Below, piece after piece: positions 1-9,149 of a DNA stretch of 25,431 bases; the first letter of the stretch is position 1; each line of letters opens with the position of its first letter. The DNA lies in contig JAKQQL010000301.1 in assembly GCA_029564175.1 (NCBI GenBank), positions 1-25,431 of the forward strand. The letters are read 5' to 3'. This stretch comes from Candidatus Cloacimonadota bacterium (GTDB lineage: Bacteria; Cloacimonadota; Cloacimonadia; Cloacimonadales; WRIO01). Position numbers and translations under genes: made by a program. Under the pieces are notes generated by a model, which was not told the origin of the DNA, made no database searches, and was given only the letters and a program-made list of their open reading frames with translations.

Positions 1-1
1 T

Positions 2-115
2 TTACAGACTCTCAAAGATTTTAAAAATGGTTTTTATAGGATATGCAAGCAGAAAAAAAAGAAAAGACAGCGTTAAAAAGCCTGATCCAAGGCAAATTAC
101 ACTTGAGACATTCAT
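2..115 (-). CDS. Putative 37-aa small hydrophobic membrane protein (MNVSSVICLGSGFLTLSFLFFLLAYPIKTIFKIFESL)
   Basis: Manual translation: ATG at 115-113, TAA at 4-2; one hydrophobic stretch followed by a basic amphipathic tail; no clear Shine-Dalgarno; below the ORF-track cutoff. Confidence 0.3.
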   Translation of the reverse strand: MNVSSVICLGSGFLTLSFLFFLLAYPIKTIFKIFESL

Positions 116-193
116 TTTAGAAAATTTCGGGGTATGCTAAAACATGGATAAAATTGGTTGACAATCCATTGTATTGATTTTTTTATGACAGTA

Positions 194-961
194 ATGAAAA
201 AAGATATTATTGCAATTGATTTACATGGTACATTGTTGAATGAGCACTGGAAACTTCCTGAAAGGCAAGCAAAGGCATTTTGGAGTTTATTCAGTGAACT
301 GAAGCACTGTTATGATTTTTATATTTGTACAGGAAATGATTACTCATTTTTAACCCGTTATTTAACTTCAGATTTTTTGACCTGTTTTACAGGTTTTATT
401 CTCGAAACAGGATGTGTTTACCGTGAGAATGGGCTTGAACAGATATTGATAAGCCCCCAGTTAACAGCTTGTGTAAAACAGCTGGAATCAGATCTTAAGT
501 CTGCTGATTTCCCTTTTATTCACTATTTTGCCACCAGAAAAGCGTCTATTAGTATGTTTACCCATACTGAACAGACAGGTACAGCACCAGATTTACATTA
601 TCCTGAAATTAAATCATTTATGGCAAATCATCCCTTAGCAAATCTGTTTTATGTAACCTGGTCAAATGTGGCGATTGATATTATCCCTAAATCTGTGAGT
701 AAACTGACAGGCGTTCAAAACATAGCAGATGGCCGAAGAATTATTAGTCTGGTGGATTCTATGAATGATTTTGATCTGGCCGTTCAGTCAGATTTATGTT
801 TTTTACCAGCAAATAGTTCAAAGAAATTATTGGAGAATATCTCGTATGAAAAAATTGACATGTTCAGAGAGATTCAGCATTCAAAAGGAATTTATTTGTG
901 TAACAAGTCTTACAGTGAAGGCGTGATAGAGGCAATGAGTCTGATAAGAAAGCAAACTTGA
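194..961 (+). CDS. HAD-superfamily hydrolase (subclass IIB/Cof-like phosphatase)
   Basis: IAIDLHGTLL (motif I, DxH variant), ICTGN (motif II), IDIIP..VSK (motif III), DSMND (motif IV). Start uncertain (TTG158, ATG185 or ATG194); ATG194 puts motif I at the usual N-terminal position. Confidence 0.8.
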   Translation: MKKDIIAIDLHGTLLNEHWKLPERQAKAFWSLFSELKHCYDFYICTGNDYSFLTRYLTSDFLTCFTGFILETGCVYRENGLEQILISPQLTACVKQLESDLKSADFPFIHYFATRKASISMFTHTEQTGTAPDLHYPEIKSFMANHPLANLFYVTWSNVAIDIIPKSVSKLTGVQNIADGRRIISLVDSMNDFDLAVQSDLCFLPANSSKKLLENISYEKIDMFREIQHSKGIYLCNKSYSEGVIEAMSLIRKQT

Positions 962-1030
962 GCCAAATTCTGTAAGCAAAATACTAGTAAGCAACTTTGT
1001 CGCTTCTCAGACAATTACAGGAGTTTATAA

Positions 1031-3091
1031 ATGAAAAAACCAGAATTATTATTACCAGCTGGCAATGCAGATATGGCAATGTGTGCCTTTGAAGGAGGAG
1101 CAGATGCTGTTTATGCAGGTATTCAACAATTTAATGCCCGTCAGAGAGCAAGGAATTTTTCTTTAAATGAGATGTATTCATTAATACAATATGCCCATCA
1201 GCATCAAAAAAAAGTATATTTAACACTCAATACGCTTTTAAAAAACAAAGAAACATTTGAAGTGGCTGATATTTTAGAACAAGTAACTGCAATGAGCCCA
1301 GATGCAGTCATTATTCAGGATTGGGGTATTTATTATCTGTTAAGGCATTATTTTCCTGAGTTGAGAATCCATGCCAGTACGCAAATGGGTATTCATAATA
1401 GTTTGGGCTGTTCTGATGGAAAGAAGAGAGGCTTTGAAAGGGTCGTTGTCGCCAGAGAACTGACATTTCACGAATTAGAGGATATTACTTCTAAAAAAGA
1501 AACCGAGTTAGAATTATTTATTCATGGTTCACTCTGTTACTCCATGTCAGGTCATTGTTTGTTTAGCAGTTATCTGGGTGGGATGAGTGCTAATCGCGGT
1601 ATGTGTAAACAACCATGTCGCAGATTGTTCTCAGTCAGTAAAGAACAACACTATCTGTTTAGTTTAAAAGATTTGCAATTGATTGATTATATCCCTCAGA
1701 TAATGAAATTGGGTATAGAAAGCCTTAAGATTGAAGGACGTATGAAATCAGCTGATTATGTTTATAATACTGCCAGAGCATATCGGATGGTCATTGATGA
1801 TAATTCTCGAATACAAGAAGCTAAGAATTTATTAAATAAAGATTTAGGTAGATCAAAAACGAGTTATTTTATGGGTGAAGATATACATGATGTCTTTTCT
1901 TCTCCTTCTGTGGGGGCATATATCGGAAGAATTGAACAAATTGACTTCCCCTTAACTTCAACAAAAAATTCTCAAAAAATCAACTGTACTATCCGTCTAA
2001 GCAGTGAATGTGATTTTCATCATTATGCCAAAATACGCATTGTAAACCAGGATGATACGGATTCTGATCTGATAGAAATCAAAGAAATTCGCAATGAACA
2101 TAATCAGAAGATTACTGAAATCAAAGCTGGATATCCGGTTAACATTAATTTTGATTTAAATCTGGAATATCATAAAAAAGAAGATTTAAAGATCAATAAT
2201 CAGGTCTATCTGGTTTCTGATTTTCAACTGGGACATGTCGCTTCTCTACCTGTTAAGAAATTTACTCATCAGTTAAAAGGAACAGTTAAAAACAGGCTGA
2301 TTCGTGAACAACAAAAACAGATTGTATCAAACTTTAATGATGAGCACTATATGAGAATTGATAACCCTGGATGGCTTAGTATTGTAAATAAGGACGATTT
2401 TAGCAAGTTGATCGTTGCATTTACCAAAAGGATATGGCAGGATAAACAAGACTTTATTGCGTTACTGGAAAACTTTAAAAAAGATACATTCATCGAATTG
2501 CCCCTCTTTATTGCAGAAGAAAATATCAGTTTTTACAGCAGTTTGGTGAATGAACTATACAAAAACGGATATACTCATTTTTCTATTAGTCAGGTGAATC
2601 AGCTGTTGATGTTTGCCGGAATGGAAAATATAAAAATACTGGCAAATGAGAGTATATATACTTTAAATGATTTTAGCATCCGCTTTTTAAATGAACAAAA
2701 GGTTGACCGTTTTATCTATCCATTTGAAGATGATATGGACAATCTCTTTACTGGACGAGACAGAAGTGGAATTATTCCGTTGTTCTTTCATCCTAAGTTA
2801 TTTTTCTCCAGAATGCCAGTCAATGTAAAATCTGAAACAGTTTTTCGAGATATTAAAAATGAATACAGTAAATACATACGTGATGGTATCAGTAACGTTG
2901 TTTCCAGAAAACCAGTATCAATTTACCATTTTTACGATAAGCTTTACAAAAAGGGTTTTAGGCGTTTTATGACAGATTTATCCTTTAGCAATCCTTCATC
3001 TGAATACTATATTAAAATTATTCATGGATACTATAATACAGATAAATTGCCTAATAGTAGTGCATTTAACTTTAAAAAAGGCTTATGGTAA
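1031..3091 (+). CDS. Long U32 peptidase-family Fe-S protein, RlhA/TrhP-like RNA hydroxylation factor
   Basis: KPELLLPAG, GADAVY, HASTQM, ARELT, HGSLCYSMSGHC..SANRG.C.QPCR, SLKIEGRMKS motifs; AGGAG RBS upstream. Confidence 0.88.
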   Translation: MKKPELLLPAGNADMAMCAFEGGADAVYAGIQQFNARQRARNFSLNEMYSLIQYAHQHQKKVYLTLNTLLKNKETFEVADILEQVTAMSPDAVIIQDWGIYYLLRHYFPELRIHASTQMGIHNSLGCSDGKKRGFERVVVARELTFHELEDITSKKETELELFIHGSLCYSMSGHCLFSSYLGGMSANRGMCKQPCRRLFSVSKEQHYLFSLKDLQLIDYIPQIMKLGIESLKIEGRMKSADYVYNTARAYRMVIDDNSRIQEAKNLLNKDLGRSKTSYFMGEDIHDVFSSPSVGAYIGRIEQIDFPLTSTKNSQKINCTIRLSSECDFHHYAKIRIVNQDDTDSDLIEIKEIRNEHNQKITEIKAGYPVNINFDLNLEYHKKEDLKINNQVYLVSDFQLGHVASLPVKKFTHQLKGTVKNRLIREQQKQIVSNFNDEHYMRIDNPGWLSIVNKDDFSKLIVAFTKRIWQDKQDFIALLENFKKDTFIELPLFIAEENISFYSSLVNELYKNGYTHFSISQVNQLLMFAGMENIKILANESIYTLNDFSIRFLNEQKVDRFIYPFEDDMDNLFTGRDRSGIIPLFFHPKLFFSRMPVNVKSETVFRDIKNEYSKYIRDGISNVVSRKPVSIYHFYDKLYKKGFRRFMTDLSFSNPSSEYYIKIIHGYYNTDKLPNSSAFNFKKGLW

Positions 3092-4479
3092 TGTTTAAAG
3101 ATAATCTTGTATTTATTGCTGCTTTTTTAATCATCTGTGCATCTGTTATTTTAGTGTTTCAATATGATAAAAATCCTTACGAAAAAATTAGAACAAACAC
3201 TGAATTAGATAGTTTAGCAGAGTTTTCTTTTATTATCATGGGTGATAATCGGGGAGAGTCTGATGAATCATGTCAGCACTTTAAAAAAATGAGTAAGTGG
3301 ATGAAAGATGCAAATGTCAGTTTTGTGATTGGAGCAGGAAATCATGTAAAAGCAGGTGAAAAGAACCCATTTTTGAAGCTGATTCGTTCTGATAAATGGT
3401 GGCAAACTCATTTCTATCCGAATATTGCAGCTAACGAGATAGAATATTGGGGTAATATCAATCCTCATAAAGACAAAACATATCCTTTTTATAATTTTTT
3501 TGCATTCAAAAATTGCGAAGATAATCATTTTTCACCAGATAACCTGATTTATTATTGTAAAATTCCAGTAAAAACTTATCAGATTCATCTTTTTCAGATT
3601 TGCAGTCAGATGAATGATTCATTAGGATCAGGAAATCTTGCTATTCAATTTTTAACGAATGAGTTTAAACATTTGTATAAATCAGAAAAAGACTTGGTTA
3701 TTGTGATGTCAGCGATTGATTCAGCGCTATGGATGAATCTTCTGACTAAAAAAGAGAAAGATATGATTCATAAAAAAACCGATTTGATTGTTTGTTCTGA
3801 TAAAAATGGAATCATCAAGAATTATGAAGACAAAAAGGATGATTCGGGGGCTTTAATACTTAATGTGGGATCGGTATGTTTTCCAGATTATAAATTGTTT
3901 AACGGGTATCTTCAGGTACATTTTTTTAAAAAACCCTCTGCGTTTTTAGTGCAATATGTTAATACATTAAAATCAAGTCGAGAATTACAAACATCAGATT
4001 ATGCAGTTTTAAAATACCAGAATGGGAAAAGTATCCCTGTTAACTTCAGAATTGACAGAAGCCTTTATAAAGGGAATCAGAAAATTGTGAATCTTAAAAA
4101 AAGCCTGACCGAAGATGAATTGAACAGAATATATAATGACTTTTTAAAAAGAACCTGTCAGGTAGATTTTTCTTCGTTAAAAATAGTGAACTACTATTTG
4201 GTTAAAGATATATATAGTAATGATTTAATGACAATGATGCCTTCAAACTATCAATTGATGAAAATAAAGCTGGATGGCTCTCAAATACAACAGATTATAC
4301 CTGAATTTATCCCTTATGAGAACCAAAAGGATTACTCAGTTATTGTAAATCAAAATAATGCAAAATATATGATTCAGCAGTTTAATTTAAAATCTGAACA
4401 ATATCAGTTTATTGATTTTACTGAAGTAACAGCCTTGGAATCGGCTTTAAAAGCATACCAAAAACAGGAGACCGAATGA
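3091..4479 (+). CDS. Membrane-anchored/exported metallophosphoesterase-like protein with a 5'-nucleotidase C-terminal-like domain (degenerate motifs)
   Basis: N-terminal hydrophobic helix; FIIMGDNRG and VIGAGNHV calcineurin-like motifs; C-terminal DLMTMMPSNYQLMKIKLDGSQIQQI resembles 5'-nucleotidase C domain; ATG overlaps upstream TAA (TAATG); alternative start 3085. Confidence 0.55.
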   Translation: MFKDNLVFIAAFLIICASVILVFQYDKNPYEKIRTNTELDSLAEFSFIIMGDNRGESDESCQHFKKMSKWMKDANVSFVIGAGNHVKAGEKNPFLKLIRSDKWWQTHFYPNIAANEIEYWGNINPHKDKTYPFYNFFAFKNCEDNHFSPDNLIYYCKIPVKTYQIHLFQICSQMNDSLGSGNLAIQFLTNEFKHLYKSEKDLVIVMSAIDSALWMNLLTKKEKDMIHKKTDLIVCSDKNGIIKNYEDKKDDSGALILNVGSVCFPDYKLFNGYLQVHFFKKPSAFLVQYVNTLKSSRELQTSDYAVLKYQNGKSIPVNFRIDRSLYKGNQKIVNLKKSLTEDELNRIYNDFLKRTCQVDFSSLKIVNYYLVKDIYSNDLMTMMPSNYQLMKIKLDGSQIQQIIPEFIPYENQKDYSVIVNQNNAKYMIQQFNLKSEQYQFIDFTEVTALESALKAYQKQETE

Positions 4480-6656
4480 GCCAATGGATCAACAAACTGT
4501 CAGATAAGTTAAAAATTCAAAGCTGGCAGATACAAAATACACTATCACTTTTTGAAGACGATAAAACCATTCCCTTTATTGCCAGATATCGTAAGGAACA
4601 AACCGGACAGCTGAATGAAATCCAATTGCGGGATATCTATGATGAATATCAGTTTCAGGGGAAAATCGCTGAGAGAAAGGCAGAGATTCTTCAGAGTCTG
4701 GAAAACCAGCAAGCCTTGACCGAGAGTCTTAAAAAAGCAGTTGAAGAAGCTGAAACGATGAAGATTCTGGAAGATATCTATCTGCCTTTTAAGAAAAAAC
4801 AGAAAACAAGAGCTGATATTGCCGTAGAAAAAGGATTAAAACCACTTTCTGAATGGATTTTGACGACTAAATATGAGAATGATGATTATATCATGAAGTT
4901 TAAGAATAAAGAATTCAATCTGTTAACTAAGGAAGATATATTAAACGGAACAATGGATATTTTGGCTGAGCAGTTGTCGTTTCAGACTGAGATCAGAGAT
5001 TTTGTCAGAGACAATCTGTATCGGAACGGTATCATTGAAACCAGAAAAAATGAAAAAACAGAAGATGAAAAAGAGGTCTATAAGACTTATTATGAAAATG
5101 AATTTAAGCTATTTTCCATACCAGAGTGGCGGATTTTAGCCATAAATCGTGCAGAGAAAGAAAAAATCCTGAAAGTAAAAATGCTGATGGATTGGAATCG
5201 AATGAATCCCTATCTGGAAAGAAAGACAGGTGAAAAAGATTTGGATGGAATGGTACTAATGCTGATGAAAATTGCCAGAATCAGAGAAAACCACCCTTAT
5301 TTTAACGAACTAAACTTTATGACCAGAGACAGTCTAAAGAGATTGATTTTGCCTTCCATAGAGAGAGAAATCAGAAATGACCTGACTGAAAAAGCAGAGA
5401 ATCGTTCAGTCTCTGTCTTTCAGAGAAATCTTCGGCATCTGCTTTTAACCCCTCCCCTGAAGAAACGCACTATTGCTGCCATTGATCCTGGCTACCGGAC
5501 AGGCTGTAAAGTGGCTTTTCTCGATGAGAATGGGGCTTTTATGGGGAATACCACGATTTATCCGACTCCGCCTTTCAGTAAGACTGAAGAGGCTATTGCT
5601 ATTATGAGTCGGGCAGTAGAGCAGTATCAGATTAGTCTCATTGCCATCGGTAATGGTACGGCATCTCGTGAGACAGAAGATTTCATCAGTCAGTTCTTAA
5701 AGAAATACGAAGAGATAAAATATATCATGGTGTCAGAAGCAGGCGCTTCGGTTTATTCAGCTTCGGCTGCTGCCATTGATGAGTTTCCTGAACTGGATGT
5801 AACGGTTCGTGGGGCTATTTCCATAGGCAGAAGGGTTCAGGATATGCTCAATGAACTGGTCAAGATTCCCCCTGAATCGATAGGAGTGGGGATGTATCAG
5901 CATGATATTTCTGAGAATCTGCTCAAACAGAAGCTTTCCCTTGAGACTGAGTCTGTAGTTAATCTCCTGGGTGTGAATATCAATACAGCCTCAGAGTATC
6001 TCTTGCAATATATCTCCGGATTAACAAAGAAAACAGCCAAAAATGTAGTGGAATACCGAACACAAAACGGGCTCTTTAAAAACCGAAAAGAGTTGAAAAA
6101 GGTAAAAGGGATAGGGGAGAAGGTTTATGAACAGGCTGCCGGTTTCTGTCGTGTACCCGAGTCAGATAATCCGCTTGATAATACGGTGATTCATCCGGAA
6201 TCATATAAGGATGCTGAGAGAATTATCGGGTTAGCCGGATTCAAATCAGCTGATTTAATAACTAAAAGGCAGATGCTAAGCGAGAAACTGAGAGCACTCA
6301 ATATTCAAAAAACTGCGGATGAACTCAAGATATCAGACATATTGGTAAAAGACATAATCAGTGCTTTGACCGAAGGCATAACTGATCCGAGAGATGAATA
6401 TCCTCAGATTCAGTTAAAAAGCGAAGTAAAGAGTTTTGACTCTCTTTATACCGGTATTCAGTTGCAGGGTATTGTTCGCAATATTACAGATTTTGGTATC
6501 TTTGCCGATATTGGGGTGGGCTATGACGGGCTGATATACCGTTCCACCTTTACAGATTATCAGCCGGATACCTTTTATCCCGGGCAGATAATCTGTGTAG
6601 AAGTGATCAGTCTGGACCCAAAGAATAAAAAGAGCGGATTAAGGTTGATAGGGTAG
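4476..6656 (+). CDS. tex: Tex family RNA-binding transcriptional accessory protein
   Basis: TIPFIARYRKE, AIDPGYRTGCK, IGNGTASRET, VSEAGASVYSAS, IGVGMYQHD, HhH region and C-terminal S1 domain; ATGA overlap with upstream gene. Confidence 0.95.
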   Translation: MSQWINKLSDKLKIQSWQIQNTLSLFEDDKTIPFIARYRKEQTGQLNEIQLRDIYDEYQFQGKIAERKAEILQSLENQQALTESLKKAVEEAETMKILEDIYLPFKKKQKTRADIAVEKGLKPLSEWILTTKYENDDYIMKFKNKEFNLLTKEDILNGTMDILAEQLSFQTEIRDFVRDNLYRNGIIETRKNEKTEDEKEVYKTYYENEFKLFSIPEWRILAINRAEKEKILKVKMLMDWNRMNPYLERKTGEKDLDGMVLMLMKIARIRENHPYFNELNFMTRDSLKRLILPSIEREIRNDLTEKAENRSVSVFQRNLRHLLLTPPLKKRTIAAIDPGYRTGCKVAFLDENGAFMGNTTIYPTPPFSKTEEAIAIMSRAVEQYQISLIAIGNGTASRETEDFISQFLKKYEEIKYIMVSEAGASVYSASAAAIDEFPELDVTVRGAISIGRRVQDMLNELVKIPPESIGVGMYQHDISENLLKQKLSLETESVVNLLGVNINTASEYLLQYISGLTKKTAKNVVEYRTQNGLFKNRKELKKVKGIGEKVYEQAAGFCRVPESDNPLDNTVIHPESYKDAERIIGLAGFKSADLITKRQMLSEKLRALNIQKTADELKISDILVKDIISALTEGITDPRDEYPQIQLKSEVKSFDSLYTGIQLQGIVRNITDFGIFADIGVGYDGLIYRSTFTDYQPDTFYPGQIICVEVISLDPKNKKSGLRLIG

Positions 6657-6662
6657 ATCTCA

Positions 6663-6733
6663 CTGAAAGGGTGTGAGATAAACAGGTTATGGATTTAACC
6701 TCTCAGGGGATGATCCGTAAATTGCCCTTTCAG
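6663..6733. repeat. Short element bounded by 9-bp inverted repeats CTGAAAGGG...CCCTTTCAG
   Basis: CTGAAAGGG at 6663-6671 is the exact reverse complement of CCCTTTCAG at 6725-6733; intergenic. Confidence 0.45.
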
Positions 6734-6737
6734 GGCT

Positions 6738-6760
6738 GTAGGGCAAGCAACCTGCTTGCC
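6738..6760 (+). repeat. REP-like hairpin GTAG-GGCAAGCA-ACC-TGCTTGCC
   Basis: Perfect 8-bp stem and 3-nt loop preceded by GTAG; near-identical to the array units at 21129-21391. Confidence 0.85.
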
Positions 6761-6847
6761 AACATGCACTTTTTTTGTTTCTATCGGATTTACATAAAAT
6801 TCTTTTGCTTTCGCCCATTATCTGCTTATTATATCAGAGGAGGAATT

Positions 6848-7939
6848 ATGTCAAAAGTCTATTTTTTAACATCGCGTGTTCATAAAGGCAAGAGTCTCTT
6901 AGAAAGATATGCCCAGTTTATACAGGAATTGGATGTACCATTTCTTGCTCAGGATAAACAAATTCTAATCAAGACTCATTTTGGGGAAGATGGCAATACA
7001 GCTTATTTGAATCCCTTGTATGTCAGAAAAACGGCTGACTGGATTAAAAAGAAAAAAGCCATGCCCTTTATTGGAGATACTTCAACTTTATACAGAGGCC
7101 GGAGAAATAAAGGGATTAGTCATTTGGAATTGGCTTTGGAACATGGTTTTTCCTATGCTTCCGTTAATGCGCCGGTTGTCATTCTCGATGGTGTAAAGAG
7201 TGATTATTATAAAAAGTACGAACTGAATGGAAAACATTTTAAAGAGGTGCAGATTGCTGGGGCATTTGCTGCTTCAGATGGGGCGGTGATTCTCTCTCAT
7301 GTGAAAGGCCATGTATTGGCCGGGATGGGCGGAGCCGTTAAAAATCTGGCAATGGGTCTGGCTAACAGAACCCAGAAGCAGAGAATGCATGGGGATATCA
7401 AACCAAAATTTATGCAAGCAAAATGTATTGGCTGTCATGCCTGTATCAGAATTTGTCCGGTTAATGCCATCAATGGAGAAGGCAAGCAGATTGATATTGA
7501 TATACAGCATTGTGTGGGTTGTGCTGAGTGTATTACTCATTGTCCGACTCAGGCGATTCAATTATTGTGGAATGAAACTCCGGCTGTAATGTCTGAAAAA
7601 ATGGCAGAGACTGCTCTGGCAGCTGTTAAGATGCTGGATAAAAAGCTGATCTATATGAATTTTCTGCTCAATATTACGCCAGACTGTGACTGTGACGGTG
7701 CTGTGGATAATCCAATTGTTAATGATATTGGCCTTTTGATCAGTGATGATCCGGTTGCCATTGATAAAGCGTCTTATGATCTGGTTTGTAAACAGTTGCC
7801 CCTCAGTAACTCACGCATTGAGAATAAAAAAGGGGATATCTTCAAATGTGTTCATCCTCAGATTGACAGTTTACATCAGCTGGTTTATGCTGAAAAAATC
7901 GGGCTGGGCTCAATGGCGTATCAGTTGATAGAAGTGTGA
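6848..7939 (+). CDS. DUF362 domain-containing Fe-S protein with a 2[4Fe-4S] ferredoxin insert
   Basis: IKTHFGE, SHVKGH..GMGGAVKNLAMG, CIGCHACIRICP, CVGCAECITHCP, PDCDC, DPVAID; strong GAGGAGG RBS before ATG6848 (the track start 6689 runs through repeats). Confidence 0.88.
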   Translation: MSKVYFLTSRVHKGKSLLERYAQFIQELDVPFLAQDKQILIKTHFGEDGNTAYLNPLYVRKTADWIKKKKAMPFIGDTSTLYRGRRNKGISHLELALEHGFSYASVNAPVVILDGVKSDYYKKYELNGKHFKEVQIAGAFAASDGAVILSHVKGHVLAGMGGAVKNLAMGLANRTQKQRMHGDIKPKFMQAKCIGCHACIRICPVNAINGEGKQIDIDIQHCVGCAECITHCPTQAIQLLWNETPAVMSEKMAETALAAVKMLDKKLIYMNFLLNITPDCDCDGAVDNPIVNDIGLLISDDPVAIDKASYDLVCKQLPLSNSRIENKKGDIFKCVHPQIDSLHQLVYAEKIGLGSMAYQLIEV

Positions 7940-8069
7940 AATACAAAGAAAAACATTTACAAATAGTCTGATAATTAAAACTTTGTTTAGAAGACCAGAT
8001 TAAGGAGTGTATCAAAATAAAATTGAAAATCGTGATATTTAAGAGAACAGAGAAGAGAGAATTGTCAAT

Positions 8070-9149
8070 ATGATTAAGTATCAGTCAGACTCTCCTTTGT
8101 CGTTAGAGAATGAAAAACCAAAAAGAATACTGATTGTTCAGACAGCATTTATTGGTGATGTGGTGTTAATTACGGCCTTGATCAGAGAGAGTGCGCTTTT
8201 GTTTCCTGAGGCTCAGATAGATGTTTTGCTGATTCCTTCCACAGCAGCACTTTTAAAGAATAACCCTCATATCAATCAGTTGATTGTTTATGATAAAAAG
8301 AAAAAGAACCTGTTTTTTAGTATTGTTGGTCTTCTCAAATCAAGGCACTATGATCTTGCATTGATTCCCCACAGTTCAGCCCGGACAGCTATCATTCTCT
8401 GGTTAGCCGGTATAAAGGTCAGGATTGGCTATAATCGCTGGTTTGCCAGGCATTTATTGACCCATCGGCTCAATCATCGGGTTGATCCGACCCGAAAAGC
8501 ACATAAGATTGAGAAACTGCTGAATCTCTTATCATTGTTCACAAAAGAAAAACTGAATATGGACACTGAACTCTATCCGGATGTAAAAGATTATCAGTTT
8601 TCAGATTCAATACTTTCTCAAAATACAGATAACAGAAAAGTTGTGTTGATTGCACCAGGTTCTGTATGGGCAACCAAAAGATGGAATAAAAACTATTATA
8701 CAGAAGTATGTAAGACATTTCAGGACAATGGACTATTTGTGATACTAAGCGGAAGCAAATCGGAAGAAACCCTTTGTCAGGAGATAATGGAGAAGTGTTC
8801 GAATAAAGAATCTGCCAGTATCATCAATATTTGCGGAAAAAGCACTCTGCTTCAAACAGCAGCTATCATAAAGAAATGTGATTTGGTGCTTTGCAATGAC
8901 AGTGGTACTCTGCATATAGCCAATGCCATGAAGACGACTGTTTTTGCCATATTTGGACCGACTGTCAGAGGGTTTGGCTATTATCCGTTCAGAGAAGGCG
9001 ATCATATCTTTGAAGTTGATCTGCCCTGTCGGCCATGTGGCGGTCATGGTCATCATGCCTGTCCTTTAAAACATCATCGCTGTATGAATGATATCAAGCC
9101 GGAAATGATATGTGATAAGATACTTTCTTTCATCGCTGAGGAGAAGTAA
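8070..9149 (+). CDS. Glycosyltransferase family 9, LPS heptosyltransferase II (WaaF)-like
   Basis: ILIVQTAFIGDVVL, APGS.WATKRW, NDSGTLHIA.A, IFGPT, CRPC...C...C motifs. Confidence 0.88.
   Translation: MIKYQSDSPLSLENEKPKRILIVQTAFIGDVVLITALIRESALLFPEAQIDVLLIPSTAALLKNNPHINQLIVYDKKKKNLFFSIVGLLKSRHYDLALIPHSSARTAIILWLAGIKVRIGYNRWFARHLLTHRLNHRVDPTRKAHKIEKLLNLLSLFTKEKLNMDTELYPDVKDYQFSDSILSQNTDNRKVVLIAPGSVWATKRWNKNYYTEVCKTFQDNGLFVILSGSKSEETLCQEIMEKCSNKESASIINICGKSTLLQTAAIIKKCDLVLCNDSGTLHIANAMKTTVFAIFGPTVRGFGYYPFREGDHIFEVDLPCRPCGGHGHHACPLKHHRCMNDIKPEMICDKILSFIAEEK

Noticed and set aside
6689..6847. N-terminal extension of the DUF362 ORF
   Set aside because: Runs through repeat elements; a strong GAGGAGG RBS marks ATG6848 as the start
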